Positions 28,461-41,906 of a stretch of 64,000 nucleotides of DNA are shown piece after piece. The DNA lies in contig CAXFSR010000023.1 in the NCBI GenBank assembly GCA_964005815.1, forward strand, positions 32,001 through 96,000, given 5' to 3'. This stretch comes from an uncultured Nitrospinaceae bacterium (GTDB lineage Bacteria; UBA8248). Every line of letters begins with the position of its first letter. Position 1 is the first letter of the stretch. The notes below the pieces were generated by a model. The model was given only the letters and a program-made list of their open reading frames with translations. It was not told where the DNA came from and made no database searches. Position numbers and translations under genes: made by a program.

Positions 28461-28462
28461 AA

Positions 28463-29581
28463 TTGGGGAAAACCCTGAAAATAAAGTCAGTCAAACTTAA
28501 GAACTTTAGAAACTATGAATCTTTAGGGACAAAGTTTCACCCTAAGCTTAACTACATTTTTGGAAAGAACGGCTCCGGAAAAACAAACCTTATAGAATCA
28601 ATTTATTTTTTAACAAACCTAAAATCATTCCGAACAAAAAAAAGATCAAGCCTAATTAAAAAAAATACAAACGCAATGTATGTAGGGGGAGTTTTTTCCG
28701 ATGACGACATGAGCAAAGATGTTAAATTGGAAGCTTCGCTTTTTGAACAAAAAAGAGTTTATAAACTAAACAACAAAACAGAACAGAACTTGATCGATTA
28801 TCTGAAATCAGTCAACACAATGGTTTTTTTTCCGGACAGCCTGCGCATAATTAAAGATAGTCCCCTTTTTAGGAGAAATTTTTTTGACAGAGCTATTTCC
28901 TCCATTGACCCAACCTACTTACTTGAAAGTAAAGAGTATTCAAGAATTCTAAGAGAGAGAAACAAAATCCTTAAAAACAACGGTGACGACAGATTGTTAG
29001 AGGTTTGGAATAGTCGATTTTTTTCTTGTGCCTCAAACATCTTTAAAAAAAGAACAGCCTTTCTAGAACTCCTTAAGCAAAAAATAAGCCCCCTAAAAAA
29101 AACACTCAACATAAACAAAAACATAGAGATTTTCTACTCAAAGAGTTTAAAGTATTCTCACAAAAAAAACACAGAAACATTAGCCTACGAAATAATCAAA
29201 GAAGAGTATGAAAAAAACAAAGAAGAAGAAAAAATAAAAAAACAAACATGCTTGGGTCCACATTTGGATGATTTTGTTATATATTTAGACGGTGACAGTT
29301 CTAGAGAAAACGCATCACAGGGGGAGCAAAGGCTAGTTATAATTTTAATCCTGCTCGCCGTTTCGGATGTTTATAGAGAAGTTTCAGAAGAAAACTTAAT
29401 ATATCTTTTTGATGATATGAGTTCCGAACTAGATCGTGAAAAAAGACAAAGTGTGATAGAGTATTTAATGTCTAGTGATTCACAGGTTTTTATAACCTCG
29501 ACAGAAAAACCAGAAACAAAAAACCCGCCCGAAGCGTATTCCCTTTTTGACCTAGATTTAGGAGGGGGAATAATTCGTTAA
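28463..29581 (+). CDS. recF: DNA replication/repair protein RecF
   Basis: NFRNY, GKNGSGKTN, GPHLDD, SQGEQR, LFDDMSSELD. Confidence 0.95.
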   Translation: MGKTLKIKSVKLKNFRNYESLGTKFHPKLNYIFGKNGSGKTNLIESIYFLTNLKSFRTKKRSSLIKKNTNAMYVGGVFSDDDMSKDVKLEASLFEQKRVYKLNNKTEQNLIDYLKSVNTMVFFPDSLRIIKDSPLFRRNFFDRAISSIDPTYLLESKEYSRILRERNKILKNNGDDRLLEVWNSRFFSCASNIFKKRTAFLELLKQKISPLKKTLNINKNIEIFYSKSLKYSHKKNTETLAYEIIKEEYEKNKEEEKIKKQTCLGPHLDDFVIYLDGDSSRENASQGEQRLVIILILLAVSDVYREVSEENLIYLFDDMSSELDREKRQSVIEYLMSSDSQVFITSTEKPETKNPPEAYSLFDLDLGGGIIR

Positions 29582-29597
29582 GCCCGTAATTTTTTAG

Positions 29598-32117
<2,520 letters not shown>

Positions 32118-32147
32118 AAATTACTTCTTCGCCCCAAGGATATAGTT

Positions 32148-34598
32148 TTGTCCGAAGACAAAGAAAAAAAAGAAATTGTAAATATAGAAGATGAGATGAG
32201 CACCTCTTTTATGGAATATGCGATGAGCGTGATTGTCTCTCGGGCCTTACCGGATGTTCGCGATGGACTGAAACCAGTTCATAGAAGAATATTGACTACA
32301 TTAAACGATCTTGGTCTTTCTCATAACAAAGCTTACAGAAAGTGCGCAAAAATATCTGGGGATGTAAGTGGAAATTATCATCCTCATGGAGAGGCAGTTG
32401 TTTATCCAGCTCTTGCAAGAATGGCCCAAGACTTTTCACTTAGGGGTTTATTGGTAGATGGACAGGGAAATTTTGGTTCTATAGATGGAGATCCTCCGGC
32501 GGCCATGCGTTATACAGAAGCAAGAATGACAGAATTAGCAGAAAGAATGCTTTATGACATAGAAAAAGAAACGGTTGATTATATTCCTAATTACGACAAT
32601 ACCAGAACAGAACCCTCCGTTCTTCCCTCAAGAATTCCAAATCTTCTTTTAAACGGTTCTACAGGAATAGCCGTTGGTATGGCTACAAACATCCCCCCTC
32701 ACAATCTCAGCGAACTCTGCGACGCCCTTATTTTGGTTTTAGATAAAGAAAATATCGAAATTAAAAAAATCTTAGAAGTTATGCCGGGTCCTGATTTTCC
32801 CACTGGTGCGATTATAAACGGAAAAAAGGGAATAGAAGATTATTATTCAACTGGCAGAGGTTCTTTGCAATTAAGGGCAAAAGCATTTGTGGAAGAAGAT
32901 GAGAGAACTGAAAGAGAGTCGATAATAATTACCGAAATCCCCTACACGGTTAATAAGGCAAGGCTAATCGAAAAAATTGCGGATCTTGTAAGAGAGCAGA
33001 AAATAAAAGATATTTCGGATATACGAGATGAAAGTGATAGAGATGGAATGAGGGTGGTTATTGAGTTGAAAAGAGGAACCATAGGAGAAGTTGTCCTTAA
33101 TCAACTTTATAAATCCACTCAAATGCAAATGTCTTTTGGTGTAATACTTCTTGCTTTGGTAAACAATCAGCCCCAAGTAATGAATATTATCGATGTTCTT
33201 AATCACTTCCTTCGCTTTAGAAGAGAAATAGTCTTAAGAAGGACCAGGTTTGATCTTAAAAAAGCTGAAAACAGGGCACACATTCTAGAAGGTTTCTTGA
33301 TTGCCCTGAAGAATATTGACGCTATTATTAAACTTATTCGAGGAAGCCAGACACCAGAAGAAGCGAAGAGTGGTTTGATAGAAAAATTTTCATTAACGGA
33401 AATTCAAGCACAAGCCATTCTTGAGATGCGTCTTCAGAGACTAACAGGACTAGAACAAGAAAAAATTGAAAAAGAATTTGCAGAATTAATTAAAACAATT
33501 AAAGAGTTGGAAAAAATCCTTTCCGACAAGAAAAAACAAACGAAAATCATAAAAGAAGAATTATTAGAAATTAAAGATAAGTTTTCTGATGAAAGACGAA
33601 CTTTAATTCAAGACCAAACAGGTGACATATCTTTAGAAGACATGATCGCCAAGGAAGACATGGTCGTTACAATTTCAAATACAGGATATATCAAAAGAAA
33701 TCCCATAGCTCTATATAGGTCTCAAAGAAGAGGAGGAAAGGGGATTGTAGGAATGGGGACAAAAGAAGAAGATTTTGTCGAAAGTCTCTTTGTAGCGTCA
33801 ACACATGATTATTTGCTTTTCTTTACAAACAAAGGAAGGTGTTACTGGCTTAAAGTTCACGAAGTGCCACAAGCAGGGAGAACAGCAAGGGGGAAATCTA
33901 TTGTTAATGTTTTACGTCTTTCGCAAGACGAAGAAACTACGGCTATTTTGCCAATACGGGAATTTGAACCAGATAAATATATAGTTATGGCAACAAAAAA
34001 AGGAGTTTTGAAAAAAACCCAACTTACTGCTTATAGCAGGCCAAGATCTTCTGGAATTATTGCATTAAATCTAGACGATGAAGACGAATTAGTGAGTGTA
34101 GGGCAAACTACCGGCAGTCAAGAAATTTTTATTGGAACACGAAAAGGGAAAGCAATTAGATTTCCGGAGGAAAAAGCAAGGCCCATAGGAAGAACAGGCA
34201 GAGGGGTTCGAGGTATTACCTTAGGAGAGGATGACGAAGTTGTTGGGATGGAGGTAGTTTCGCCTGGAGAAATAATTTTAACAGTTACAGTTTTGGGTTT
34301 TGGTAAACGAGGCCGAATTGATGATTATAGAGTAACAAACAGAGGCGGAAAAGGAGTTATTAATATCAAGGTAACGGAAAAAAACGGACAGGTTGTTGGA
34401 ATTAGAAAAGTGACCGAGAATGACGAGTTTATGCTTATCACAACGGGCGGGCAACTTATTCGTTTACGTTCTACAGATGTTTCAATTATAGGACGGGCCA
34501 CACAAGGCGTAAGACTTATTAGGGTTAAAGATGACGATTCTGTCTCAGGGCTTGCTAGAATTGAAGAGGACAACAATCTTAAAGATTGTCTTTTTTAA
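32148..34598 (+). CDS. gyrA: DNA gyrase subunit A
   Basis: AAMRYTE catalytic Tyr; GyrA-box QRRGGKG. Confidence 0.98.
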   Translation: MSEDKEKKEIVNIEDEMSTSFMEYAMSVIVSRALPDVRDGLKPVHRRILTTLNDLGLSHNKAYRKCAKISGDVSGNYHPHGEAVVYPALARMAQDFSLRGLLVDGQGNFGSIDGDPPAAMRYTEARMTELAERMLYDIEKETVDYIPNYDNTRTEPSVLPSRIPNLLLNGSTGIAVGMATNIPPHNLSELCDALILVLDKENIEIKKILEVMPGPDFPTGAIINGKKGIEDYYSTGRGSLQLRAKAFVEEDERTERESIIITEIPYTVNKARLIEKIADLVREQKIKDISDIRDESDRDGMRVVIELKRGTIGEVVLNQLYKSTQMQMSFGVILLALVNNQPQVMNIIDVLNHFLRFRREIVLRRTRFDLKKAENRAHILEGFLIALKNIDAIIKLIRGSQTPEEAKSGLIEKFSLTEIQAQAILEMRLQRLTGLEQEKIEKEFAELIKTIKELEKILSDKKKQTKIIKEELLEIKDKFSDERRTLIQDQTGDISLEDMIAKEDMVVTISNTGYIKRNPIALYRSQRRGGKGIVGMGTKEEDFVESLFVASTHDYLLFFTNKGRCYWLKVHEVPQAGRTARGKSIVNVLRLSQDEETTAILPIREFEPDKYIVMATKKGVLKKTQLTAYSRPRSSGIIALNLDDEDELVSVGQTTGSQEIFIGTRKGKAIRFPEEKARPIGRTGRGVRGITLGEDDEVVGMEVVSPGEIILTVTVLGFGKRGRIDDYRVTNRGGKGVINIKVTEKNGQVVGIRKVTENDEFMLITTGGQLIRLRSTDVSIIGRATQGVRLIRVKDDDSVSGLARIEEDNNLKDCLF

Positions 34599-34604
34599 CT
34601 AAAA

Positions 34605-35891
34605 ATGAAACCTATTTCATATCTTTCGTTTATAATTCTTACGTTCCTTTTTTTTGGATGTTCGATAGAACAAAAACTTCCCGCAAAAACTACAGCAAAA
34701 GAAACAATAATACCAAATCAAAAAACTACAACAAAAGAAGAAAAAATAGCACAACAAAAATCTAAAAAAACTCAAAACCTAAGCCTAAAAGGTGAGAGAG
34801 AATATAGAAGGAAAAATTACAAATCTGCCGAAAAGTTTTTTGATAAAGCACTTAGTATAGATCCCGAAAATTTACACGCATTAACAGGAATCGGGTGGAC
34901 GCTTTATGATTCAAGACAATTTAAGAAAGCCTTAGTTTTTTTTAAAAAAGCAAACAACAGATACCCAAAAGACAACAGTGCAAAGCGGGGGTTGGCCTAT
35001 CTTTTTTATCGAATTGGAAAATTGTCAGAGGCAGAGAAGTTGTTAGGAAAACTTGATAGAAATAAATGGCCAGAATTGACACAGATTGATTTAGAAAAAA
35101 ATTCTTCGGTCGGCGAAATGGACTTAAATGTAAAAAAAACCTTATTTAAAAAAAAGGGAGTGTCTAAATATCAAGGATTAGGAAACAAAGGAAGTGATTT
35201 GATAATTCCACAAAAATCGCCTGGTTCAAACATGGTTTTAATTACTGGAGGAGTGTTTTATTTTTCAACAAACAAAAGATTTTTGAAAAAGAAAAAAAGA
35301 AAAAAAGCCAAAGTAAAATCTTTTTTAATGGATAAGTTTGAAGTTACGAATTCCCAGTATGCAATGTTTGTAAAATCTTCGGGTTATCCAGAGCCTCCAT
35401 TTTGGGATAGTGAACAATTTTCAGGTGCGCATCTTCCCGTGGTTGGCGTTTCCTGGATTGAAGCGAAGGCTTTTTGTTCTTGGGTAAAAAAACGATTGCC
35501 AACAGAAATTGAGTGGTCTTACGTGGCACAGGGTGGGCAAAGGCAAAGGATATATCCCTGGGGCATGAAATTAAAACAAAGAAATGCTATTTTTGGTTTG
35601 GATTTAATTACCGGTGGTCCTAAGGCGGTAGGAAGAAGACCACAAGGAGCTAGCATACATGGTGTGGAAGATTTAGCTGGGAATGTATGGGAATGGGTGC
35701 AGGAGAAGTATAATACAGGCAACAAAAAAATTTATTCTACGAAAAAAGAAAGAATTGAATTTAGAGTTCTAAAGGGTGGCTCCTGGGCGAATGGCTCCTG
35801 GGCTTTAAAAAACTTTAATCGCACTGGCGATTTAGCAAATAGAAAATTGCCCGTTTATGGTTTTAGGTGCGCTAAGAACAACACAAATTAG
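34605..35891 (+). CDS. TPR plus formylglycine-generating-enzyme (SUMF1/FGE-sulfatase) domain lipoprotein
   Basis: Lipobox-like FFGC, TPR-like helices, EVTN, RLPTEIEW, AGNVWEW, GFRC. Confidence 0.85.
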   Translation: MKPISYLSFIILTFLFFGCSIEQKLPAKTTAKETIIPNQKTTTKEEKIAQQKSKKTQNLSLKGEREYRRKNYKSAEKFFDKALSIDPENLHALTGIGWTLYDSRQFKKALVFFKKANNRYPKDNSAKRGLAYLFYRIGKLSEAEKLLGKLDRNKWPELTQIDLEKNSSVGEMDLNVKKTLFKKKGVSKYQGLGNKGSDLIIPQKSPGSNMVLITGGVFYFSTNKRFLKKKKRKKAKVKSFLMDKFEVTNSQYAMFVKSSGYPEPPFWDSEQFSGAHLPVVGVSWIEAKAFCSWVKKRLPTEIEWSYVAQGGQRQRIYPWGMKLKQRNAIFGLDLITGGPKAVGRRPQGASIHGVEDLAGNVWEWVQEKYNTGNKKIYSTKKERIEFRVLKGGSWANGSWALKNFNRTGDLANRKLPVYGFRCAKNNTN

Positions 35892-35912
35892 AGTTCTATA
35901 AGGGGCATTGAA

Positions 35913-36347
35913 ATGCGAATTCTTCTGTTTATTTTTATTGTTTTTTTTGTAGCACAAGGAATTAGTTTTGCTGAAAACAAAAACTTGAAACAGAGCAATA
36001 CAGAAAAAATGGAAGAAAAAAACAGAGATACTGGAACTAATTTGCATTTAATTGTCACAATAACAATGCCGTCTGGAAAGCTTGAAACTTTTGGTTCGGA
36101 AATAAAAAAAATGGAAATAATTTCACATGAAGACGGTGAAATTGATATGATACATCTGGTTCTGGGAAGCAATAAAATTGAAAAAACTCATGTTTGGTAT
36201 AATTATGACATGATCTCAAAGCTAAGTTACAAATTTATTACAGAAAAGGGACAAAAAATGGTCCATGTTAAAATTCTTCAGCCCTCCCCTCTTAACAAAG
36301 AGTTGAAAAAGCCTCTTAATCCGTTAGATCCGATGGAATATCGTTAA
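35913..36347 (+). CDS. Hypothetical secreted protein
   Basis: Signal peptide ending SFA; co-directional within the operon. Confidence 0.65.
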   Translation: MRILLFIFIVFFVAQGISFAENKNLKQSNTEKMEEKNRDTGTNLHLIVTITMPSGKLETFGSEIKKMEIISHEDGEIDMIHLVLGSNKIEKTHVWYNYDMISKLSYKFITEKGQKMVHVKILQPSPLNKELKKPLNPLDPMEYR

Positions 36348-36385
36348 AGAAGAATTTTTTCATTTCTTTCAAAAAGGAAAAAATA

Positions 36386-37276
36386 TTGAGTGATACCTAC
36401 GAAAACCCAGAAATTTTATTGAATCCAAATGAACTCAGCGAGTTAATTGGTGATCAAAAAAGTTCGGATCTTATAATTATTGATACACGACCAGCCCCTG
36501 ATTTCTGTAATTCTCATATAGAAGGCGCTGCTCATCTTGATTTGTATGGCATTTCTTTAAATGATACCTCCCCTGCGCCTCTTAAAGCATTTACTTGGAT
36601 GCTAGCTTATTTAATGGAAATAAGAGGTGTTGATTATGATAAGAAAGTTGTTTTTTATGAAGAAAATTCTGGAATGAGATCAGCCCGGGGTTTTTGGTTC
36701 CTCGAATATTTAGGCCATGAAAACGTTCATATTTTGGACGGTGGCATTAATTCATGGATGAATGAAGGTTTGCCAGTATCTTCTGATCCTTGGCCTTTAA
36801 CAGGAAGCTTTCACGATGAAGATTCAGGGAATATAAAAGCTATAATTCGTACTTCTTTCACAGAACATTTAAAAGCAACGGACAATACAAAAATAGCTAC
36901 AGCTGATTATATTTTAAAAAACATGGATCGAAACGATGTAGCGATACATGATACTCGTTCTAAGGGTGAATTTTATGGGGAAACCATACGAGCTGCACGA
37001 GGTGGCGCAATTCCTAATTCAATTCATTTAGAGTGGCTTGATTTTGTATCTGATGAAGGTTTTGTAAAACCAGCACAAGACCTACGTTTTATGTTGGAAG
37101 AAAAAAAACTAACAAAAGAGAAAGAAATCATTCCGCTTTGTCAAGGCGGATATCGTTCTGCTTATGCGTATCTCATATATCGTTTACTTGGCTACTCGAA
37201 AGTAAGAAATTATATTGGCTCTTGGAAAGAGTGGGGCGATAGAGAAGATTTGCCAATTATTAAACCAAAAAGATAG
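36386..37276 (+). CDS. Two-domain rhodanese / sulfurtransferase
   Basis: DTR...HIEGA, LDGG, active loop CQGGYRS, YIGSWKEW. Confidence 0.9.
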   Translation: MSDTYENPEILLNPNELSELIGDQKSSDLIIIDTRPAPDFCNSHIEGAAHLDLYGISLNDTSPAPLKAFTWMLAYLMEIRGVDYDKKVVFYEENSGMRSARGFWFLEYLGHENVHILDGGINSWMNEGLPVSSDPWPLTGSFHDEDSGNIKAIIRTSFTEHLKATDNTKIATADYILKNMDRNDVAIHDTRSKGEFYGETIRAARGGAIPNSIHLEWLDFVSDEGFVKPAQDLRFMLEEKKLTKEKEIIPLCQGGYRSAYAYLIYRLLGYSKVRNYIGSWKEWGDREDLPIIKPKR

Positions 37277-37279
37277 CTC

Positions 37280-38554
37280 TTGGTTTTCATGCTCAAATCA
37301 AACTTCAATTCTCCAAAAGCAGAATCAAAATTTTTTACAGCAGAATTTCCTGGTGTTGGTGGAAAAATAAAAATCAAAGCTGAAGATTTTGTAGTAGAGG
37401 AGATTTTAATAGATCCTCCGCTAGGAGAAGGAAATCATTTTTATTTATTTTTTGAAAAAGTTGGCATTAACACGGTTGATTTAGTCAGAATATTGGCAAA
37501 AATATTTAATATTTCTGAATGGGGCGTTGGGTATGCTGGGAGAAAAGATTCAAACAGTTATTCTAGGCAATGGTTTTCTGTGTCTTGTTCTCATAAAGAA
37601 TTTCTTAACAAAAAAACAGAACTAGAAAATCTAAAAAATAAAAACTGTGTTTTTTTGTGCTTTAAAAAAGGGCTTAAAAAACTACGAAGAGGAGCACTAA
37701 AGAGCAATAAGTTTCAGATTAGGATCAGGGATGTTTCTCCTTTTGCCCTAGAAAGATCTAGAGAAATAATCGAATATCTAGCTTCTAATAAATTACCAAA
37801 TTACTTCGGTCCCCAAAGATTTGGTGTACATGGAAATGTGGCTAATATTGGAAGGTTTTTATTGTCTAAAGATTATAATCTTGCCATTTCCTCTTTGGTT
37901 GGAGAAAAAAGATTAGAAACTGTAAAAAACTTTGAGAAAACCAGATTAAATGAAGCTATTAGAAAATTCGAAAAATCTGATTTTGTCGGAGCGAAAGAGC
38001 TTTGGCCAAATTCATGGATAGCAGAACGGAGGGTGCTTACTTCTTTGGCAAAGGGAAGTTCAAACGAAAAAGCAATTAAAGCTTTGCCATTTCTTGAGCG
38101 TAACTTTTTTGGATCTGCGTTTCAGTCCCAATTGTTTAATGAGTGTCTTTCTCTACGTTTAGAGTTAGGTTATTTTGATTCTTTATTTGAAGGTGATGTT
38201 GCTCTTTCTAATAATTTTTCACGGCCGCAATTAATGAGGAACAGTGAAGAAACAGAGAAAAATAGGACAGATTTATCTGTAAGCCCATCTGGTCCAATTT
38301 ATGGAAAGAGAATGTTAAAACCTTTTGGAACTGAACTAGAGATTGAAACAGCCGTTTTGTTAAAATATGATTTATGTTTAGATAATTTTATATCAAATCT
38401 TACAGATCTTCGGTTAAAAGGTGGGAGAAGAGCTTATAGAGCTGATATTTTAGACTTTGAAGTTAGGTCTACAGACAAAGATCTTTTTTTAAAGTTAGAA
38501 CTTTCAAAAGGCGCATTTGCAACACAGGTCTTAAAAGAAGTTATGAAAGTATAG
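37280..38554 (+). CDS. truD: tRNA pseudouridine(13) synthase TruD
   Basis: EDFVVEE, YAGRKD, PNYFGPQRFG, KGAFAT. Confidence 0.92.
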   Translation: MVFMLKSNFNSPKAESKFFTAEFPGVGGKIKIKAEDFVVEEILIDPPLGEGNHFYLFFEKVGINTVDLVRILAKIFNISEWGVGYAGRKDSNSYSRQWFSVSCSHKEFLNKKTELENLKNKNCVFLCFKKGLKKLRRGALKSNKFQIRIRDVSPFALERSREIIEYLASNKLPNYFGPQRFGVHGNVANIGRFLLSKDYNLAISSLVGEKRLETVKNFEKTRLNEAIRKFEKSDFVGAKELWPNSWIAERRVLTSLAKGSSNEKAIKALPFLERNFFGSAFQSQLFNECLSLRLELGYFDSLFEGDVALSNNFSRPQLMRNSEETEKNRTDLSVSPSGPIYGKRMLKPFGTELEIETAVLLKYDLCLDNFISNLTDLRLKGGRRAYRADILDFEVRSTDKDLFLKLELSKGAFATQVLKEVMKV

Positions 38555-38619
38555 TTGTTTATATGTAGACTTTTATATTAAATACATAAAGTTTTTGTTT
38601 TTTTGTCGGGAGAGTTTAA

Positions 38620-39522
38620 ATGAAAGTTTTTATAGCAGGTGGAAGCGGTTATATAGGCAGAGTTTTAGTGCGCCAGTTATCTTTGGCTGGTCATGAGTGT
38701 AGAGTTTTGTGTCGGAACCCAGAACTAGAAAGACAACGTTTAGCTGGAGAAAAAAATGTATACCCTGTGAGAGGGGATATAGTTGACTACTCTACAAATC
38801 AACTTGCAAAGCTGATCGATAAAAGTGATGCGGTAATTAATTTAGTAGGCATAATCATAGAAAAAGGAACTGCTGGTTTTGAAAAGGTTCATGTAGAAGG
38901 GACGAGAAAATTAACTCTTGCTTCTGAGGAAGCAGGAATACAGCGGTTTATTCAGATGAGCGCATTGGGAACAAGAGACAATGCTGTTTCTAGATATCAT
39001 AAAACAAAATGGGAAGCAGAACTGTTAGTTAGAAATATGAAGCTTGATTGGACTATTTTTAGACCCTCGATTGTTTTTGGAGAGGAAGATGAGTTTATTA
39101 ACGTATTCGCAGGTATGGCTCGTTTTCTTCCCGTTTTACCTCTAATTGGAGGTGGGCATGGCAAATTACAGCCTATATGGGTAGAAGATGTATGTCACTG
39201 TTTTGTTAAGTCTTTAAGTATGCCTGAAACTTTTGGAAAGACTTTCGATCAGGGTGGCGAGCACGCTTTGTCTTTAAAAGAACTTATGAAGCTAATAGTT
39301 GGAGCTATGGGAAGAAAAAGATTTTTGGCGCCACTTCCGTTTCCAGTTGCAAAAATTCAAGCTAAAATTTTTAATTTGCTTCCTATAAAGCCACCATTTA
39401 CAGAAGATCAAATTACTATGTTAAAAGAGGACAATATTTGCAATTCATCAGAAATGAAGGATGTTTTTAAAATAAAACCACTTTCTGTTAATACGTATCT
39501 AGAAAGAAAATTCGGAAAATAA
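38620..39522 (+). CDS. NAD-dependent epimerase/dehydratase (NDUFA9-like SDR)
   Basis: GGSGYIG, INLVGI, SALG, YHKTK, RPSIVFG. Confidence 0.88.
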   Translation: MKVFIAGGSGYIGRVLVRQLSLAGHECRVLCRNPELERQRLAGEKNVYPVRGDIVDYSTNQLAKLIDKSDAVINLVGIIIEKGTAGFEKVHVEGTRKLTLASEEAGIQRFIQMSALGTRDNAVSRYHKTKWEAELLVRNMKLDWTIFRPSIVFGEEDEFINVFAGMARFLPVLPLIGGGHGKLQPIWVEDVCHCFVKSLSMPETFGKTFDQGGEHALSLKELMKLIVGAMGRKRFLAPLPFPVAKIQAKIFNLLPIKPPFTEDQITMLKEDNICNSSEMKDVFKIKPLSVNTYLERKFGK

Positions 39523-39523
39523 T

Positions 39524-40630
39524 TTAAATTTTAAACAATTTTTTCTGATCCTGTATGTAATCAATAATCTTTTTTTGGGCGCTTGAAATTCCTTCTTCTA
39601 AAAGACCATCTTTTTCAACCCATTTTCCCTCTGATACTTTTGAATCCATTGAATTTACGGAAACTTTAAAAACTACAAATAAAATCTCAACATGGGTGAG
39701 GTGTATTTTTTTTTCAATAATTTTTTTAGTGGAAATGTTTTTCCCCACAAAGAAAGAACCTAATTTATCTTTCTTTTGTTTTTGTGAGCAGTCAAGAAAA
39801 TGTCCTTCAACTTCCCAGCCAGGCAGTTCCCAAAGACCTTTAAAAAGTCCCTTATTTCTTCTTTTTACCATTAAAAATTTTCCATTGTACTCTGCAAAAA
39901 ACTGGAAAAATGTTTTTAATTTTCTTTCTTTCTTCTTCTTTTTTTTAGGTATTAGTAAAGATGTTTTATTCTTATTTGACAAACAATTGCTGATAATTGG
40001 ACATAATTCACAATGAATTTTTTTTGGTTTGCAAATTTCAGATCCTAAATCCATAACCGCTTGATTAAAATCCCCAGGTCGTTTTTTAGATATAATTTTA
40101 TTTGCACATTCTTCAAGATATTTTAAAGATTTTTTTGTGTCGATTTGTCCTTGAAAGTTTAATATTCTGGATAAAACTCTAATCCAATTAGCATCAAGAG
40201 CAGGAATATTTTCATCAAACGCAATACTCCCTATTGCAGCAGCGGTATAATTTCCTATACCGGGAAGTTTTTTTAAGTTTTCTTGTTGTATTGGAATTCT
40301 GCCTTTGTAATCTGTAAGAATTATTTTTGCAGAAAGATGAAGATTCCTTGCTCGACTGTAATAACCAATCCCTTGCCATTCGTTTAAAACTTCGCCAATT
40401 GAAGCATTTGCAAGAACTTTTATAGAGGGAAATCTATTTAAAAAACTAACATATCTTTCCTGTATGAATTTTACTCTAGTTTGTTGAAGCATTATTTCAG
40501 AAATCCAAATTCGATAGGGATTTTTGTTTTTTCTCCAAGGAAGATCTCTTTTGTTTTGATCGTACCAAAGTAAAATATTTTTTCTAATTAACGTATGATT
40601 TGTATATTTATTTGATTTATTTTTTTTCAT
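39524..40630 (-). CDS. mutY: A/G-specific adenine glycosylase MutY
   Basis: RDLPWR, SEIMLQQT, YYSRARNL, HhH LPGIGNYTA, 4Fe-4S Cys motif. Confidence 0.95.
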   Translation of the reverse strand: MKKNKSNKYTNHTLIRKNILLWYDQNKRDLPWRKNKNPYRIWISEIMLQQTRVKFIQERYVSFLNRFPSIKVLANASIGEVLNEWQGIGYYSRARNLHLSAKIILTDYKGRIPIQQENLKKLPGIGNYTAAAIGSIAFDENIPALDANWIRVLSRILNFQGQIDTKKSLKYLEECANKIISKKRPGDFNQAVMDLGSEICKPKKIHCELCPIISNCLSNKNKTSLLIPKKKKKKERKLKTFFQFFAEYNGKFLMVKRRNKGLFKGLWELPGWEVEGHFLDCSQKQKKDKLGSFFVGKNISTKKIIEKKIHLTHVEILFVVFKVSVNSMDSKVSEGKWVEKDGLLEEGISSAQKKIIDYIQDQKKLFKI

Positions 40631-40676
40631 TTTTTAAATGTGTTTTTAATTTTTTAGCGTACCCTATGGAGAGAAA

Positions 40677-41834
40677 ATGTTCCAAATGAAAAAAGTTCTC
40701 TTTTTTGTTTTCATTTTCTTCTTTCTGTTCTTTAGTGATTCTTTTATCTCTCTTTCAGATGCAGCAAAAGGAAGAGTTATTGGAATCATTATGAGTTCAG
40801 GGAAAGATCAAAACAAATATAGTTTAGATATTAGGGATTCAGTCATTTTTCAAATTCGCAAGTTGAACCAAAAGCTTGAATCGAAAAAACAAATCTCCCT
40901 TGTTTTTATTAAGGCAGGAAAGACAGCAGAGTCTGCAGCAGAATCAGTACAGCTGCTTTATCTTAAACACAAGGTTTTAGCAATAATTGGGCCCTCTCAA
41001 ATAAGCCAGGCAATTTCTTCTGCAAAAGCTGCAGAGAACTTAGGGGTTCCATTTATTTCACTTTCTTCTTCTGAGGGATTGAATGATGTTTTGCGTAATT
41101 GGGCATTTTCAATTGCACCTTCTGCATCTTTAGAAGTTGATTTGTTGCTTAATTTTCTTGAAGAAAGAAATTTTAGAAAAATAGCCTTGTTAAGTTTTCC
41201 AAAAAAAAATGCTCTTGAAGCAAGAAAGCAAATTTTTTCAAGGTCCCCCGAAAAACAGATTTCAATTTTATCTGACAAGGTCTTTAAATTAAAAGAATAT
41301 AACTTTCATTCTTATCTTAATTCAAAGAAAATAGAATCATCTGAGGCAGTTGTCCATTGGACGGCTAATTCTTCAAGTTCTGATCTTATTAAAGCAAGTT
41401 TGACCTATAATGGGAATCAACATTTTTTTGTTCTTGGCCACGATTCTTTTGATCGCAGTAATTTTAAAGGTATTGATGTAACCAGGCCGATCTATTTTAT
41501 CGTGCCTAAATTTTTTACAGAACCTTTTTTGCCAAGCTTCTATGAATATAAAAAGCAAGTTTTGCGATTTTATATTAATTTTGAATATCAATTTGGGCGC
41601 AAACCATCGATTTATGCAGCAAGATCCGTTGACGCAATAAAAATCTTGTCTTCTGCCATTTTTGAGTCTTCAGGAAAACGAAAACTTATCTTGGAGCATC
41701 TAAAGAAGGTTAAAAAATTTAGCGGGCTTTCAGGAAATTTTAATTTAATGAAAAACAAGAATCATTTAATTGCCGACGCATATGCAATCCTCCATTTTCA
41801 AAATGGAATCTGGAACCTGGAATCGTTTGAATAA
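40677..41834 (+). CDS. ABC transporter substrate-binding protein, LivJ-like, divergent
   Basis: Signal peptide; AIIGPS, GVPFIS, C-terminal GLSGNF; no adjacent permease genes. Confidence 0.7.
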   Translation: MFQMKKVLFFVFIFFFLFFSDSFISLSDAAKGRVIGIIMSSGKDQNKYSLDIRDSVIFQIRKLNQKLESKKQISLVFIKAGKTAESAAESVQLLYLKHKVLAIIGPSQISQAISSAKAAENLGVPFISLSSSEGLNDVLRNWAFSIAPSASLEVDLLLNFLEERNFRKIALLSFPKKNALEARKQIFSRSPEKQISILSDKVFKLKEYNFHSYLNSKKIESSEAVVHWTANSSSSDLIKASLTYNGNQHFFVLGHDSFDRSNFKGIDVTRPIYFIVPKFFTEPFLPSFYEYKKQVLRFYINFEYQFGRKPSIYAARSVDAIKILSSAIFESSGKRKLILEHLKKVKKFSGLSGNFNLMKNKNHLIADAYAILHFQNGIWNLESFE

Positions 41835-41872
41835 GTTTAATTAAATACTTGACAAATTATCTATTATAGTGA

Positions 41873-41899
41873 TTAATGCGACTAGTTTGGTCGTATTAA
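41873..41899 (+). promoter_or_regulatory. Imperfect inverted repeat, candidate IscR/Rrf2 operator
   Basis: TTAATGCGACTA-GTT-TGGTCGTATTAA just before the AGGAG RBS of iscR; TTGACA at 41849. Confidence 0.6.
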
Positions 41900-41906
41900 A
41901 CAGGAG

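Noticed and set aside
37130..37170. Rhodanese active site as a fifth Sec position
   Set aside because: The codon is TGT (Cys). A weak hairpin follows but is too close and too weak to call a SECIS remnant.
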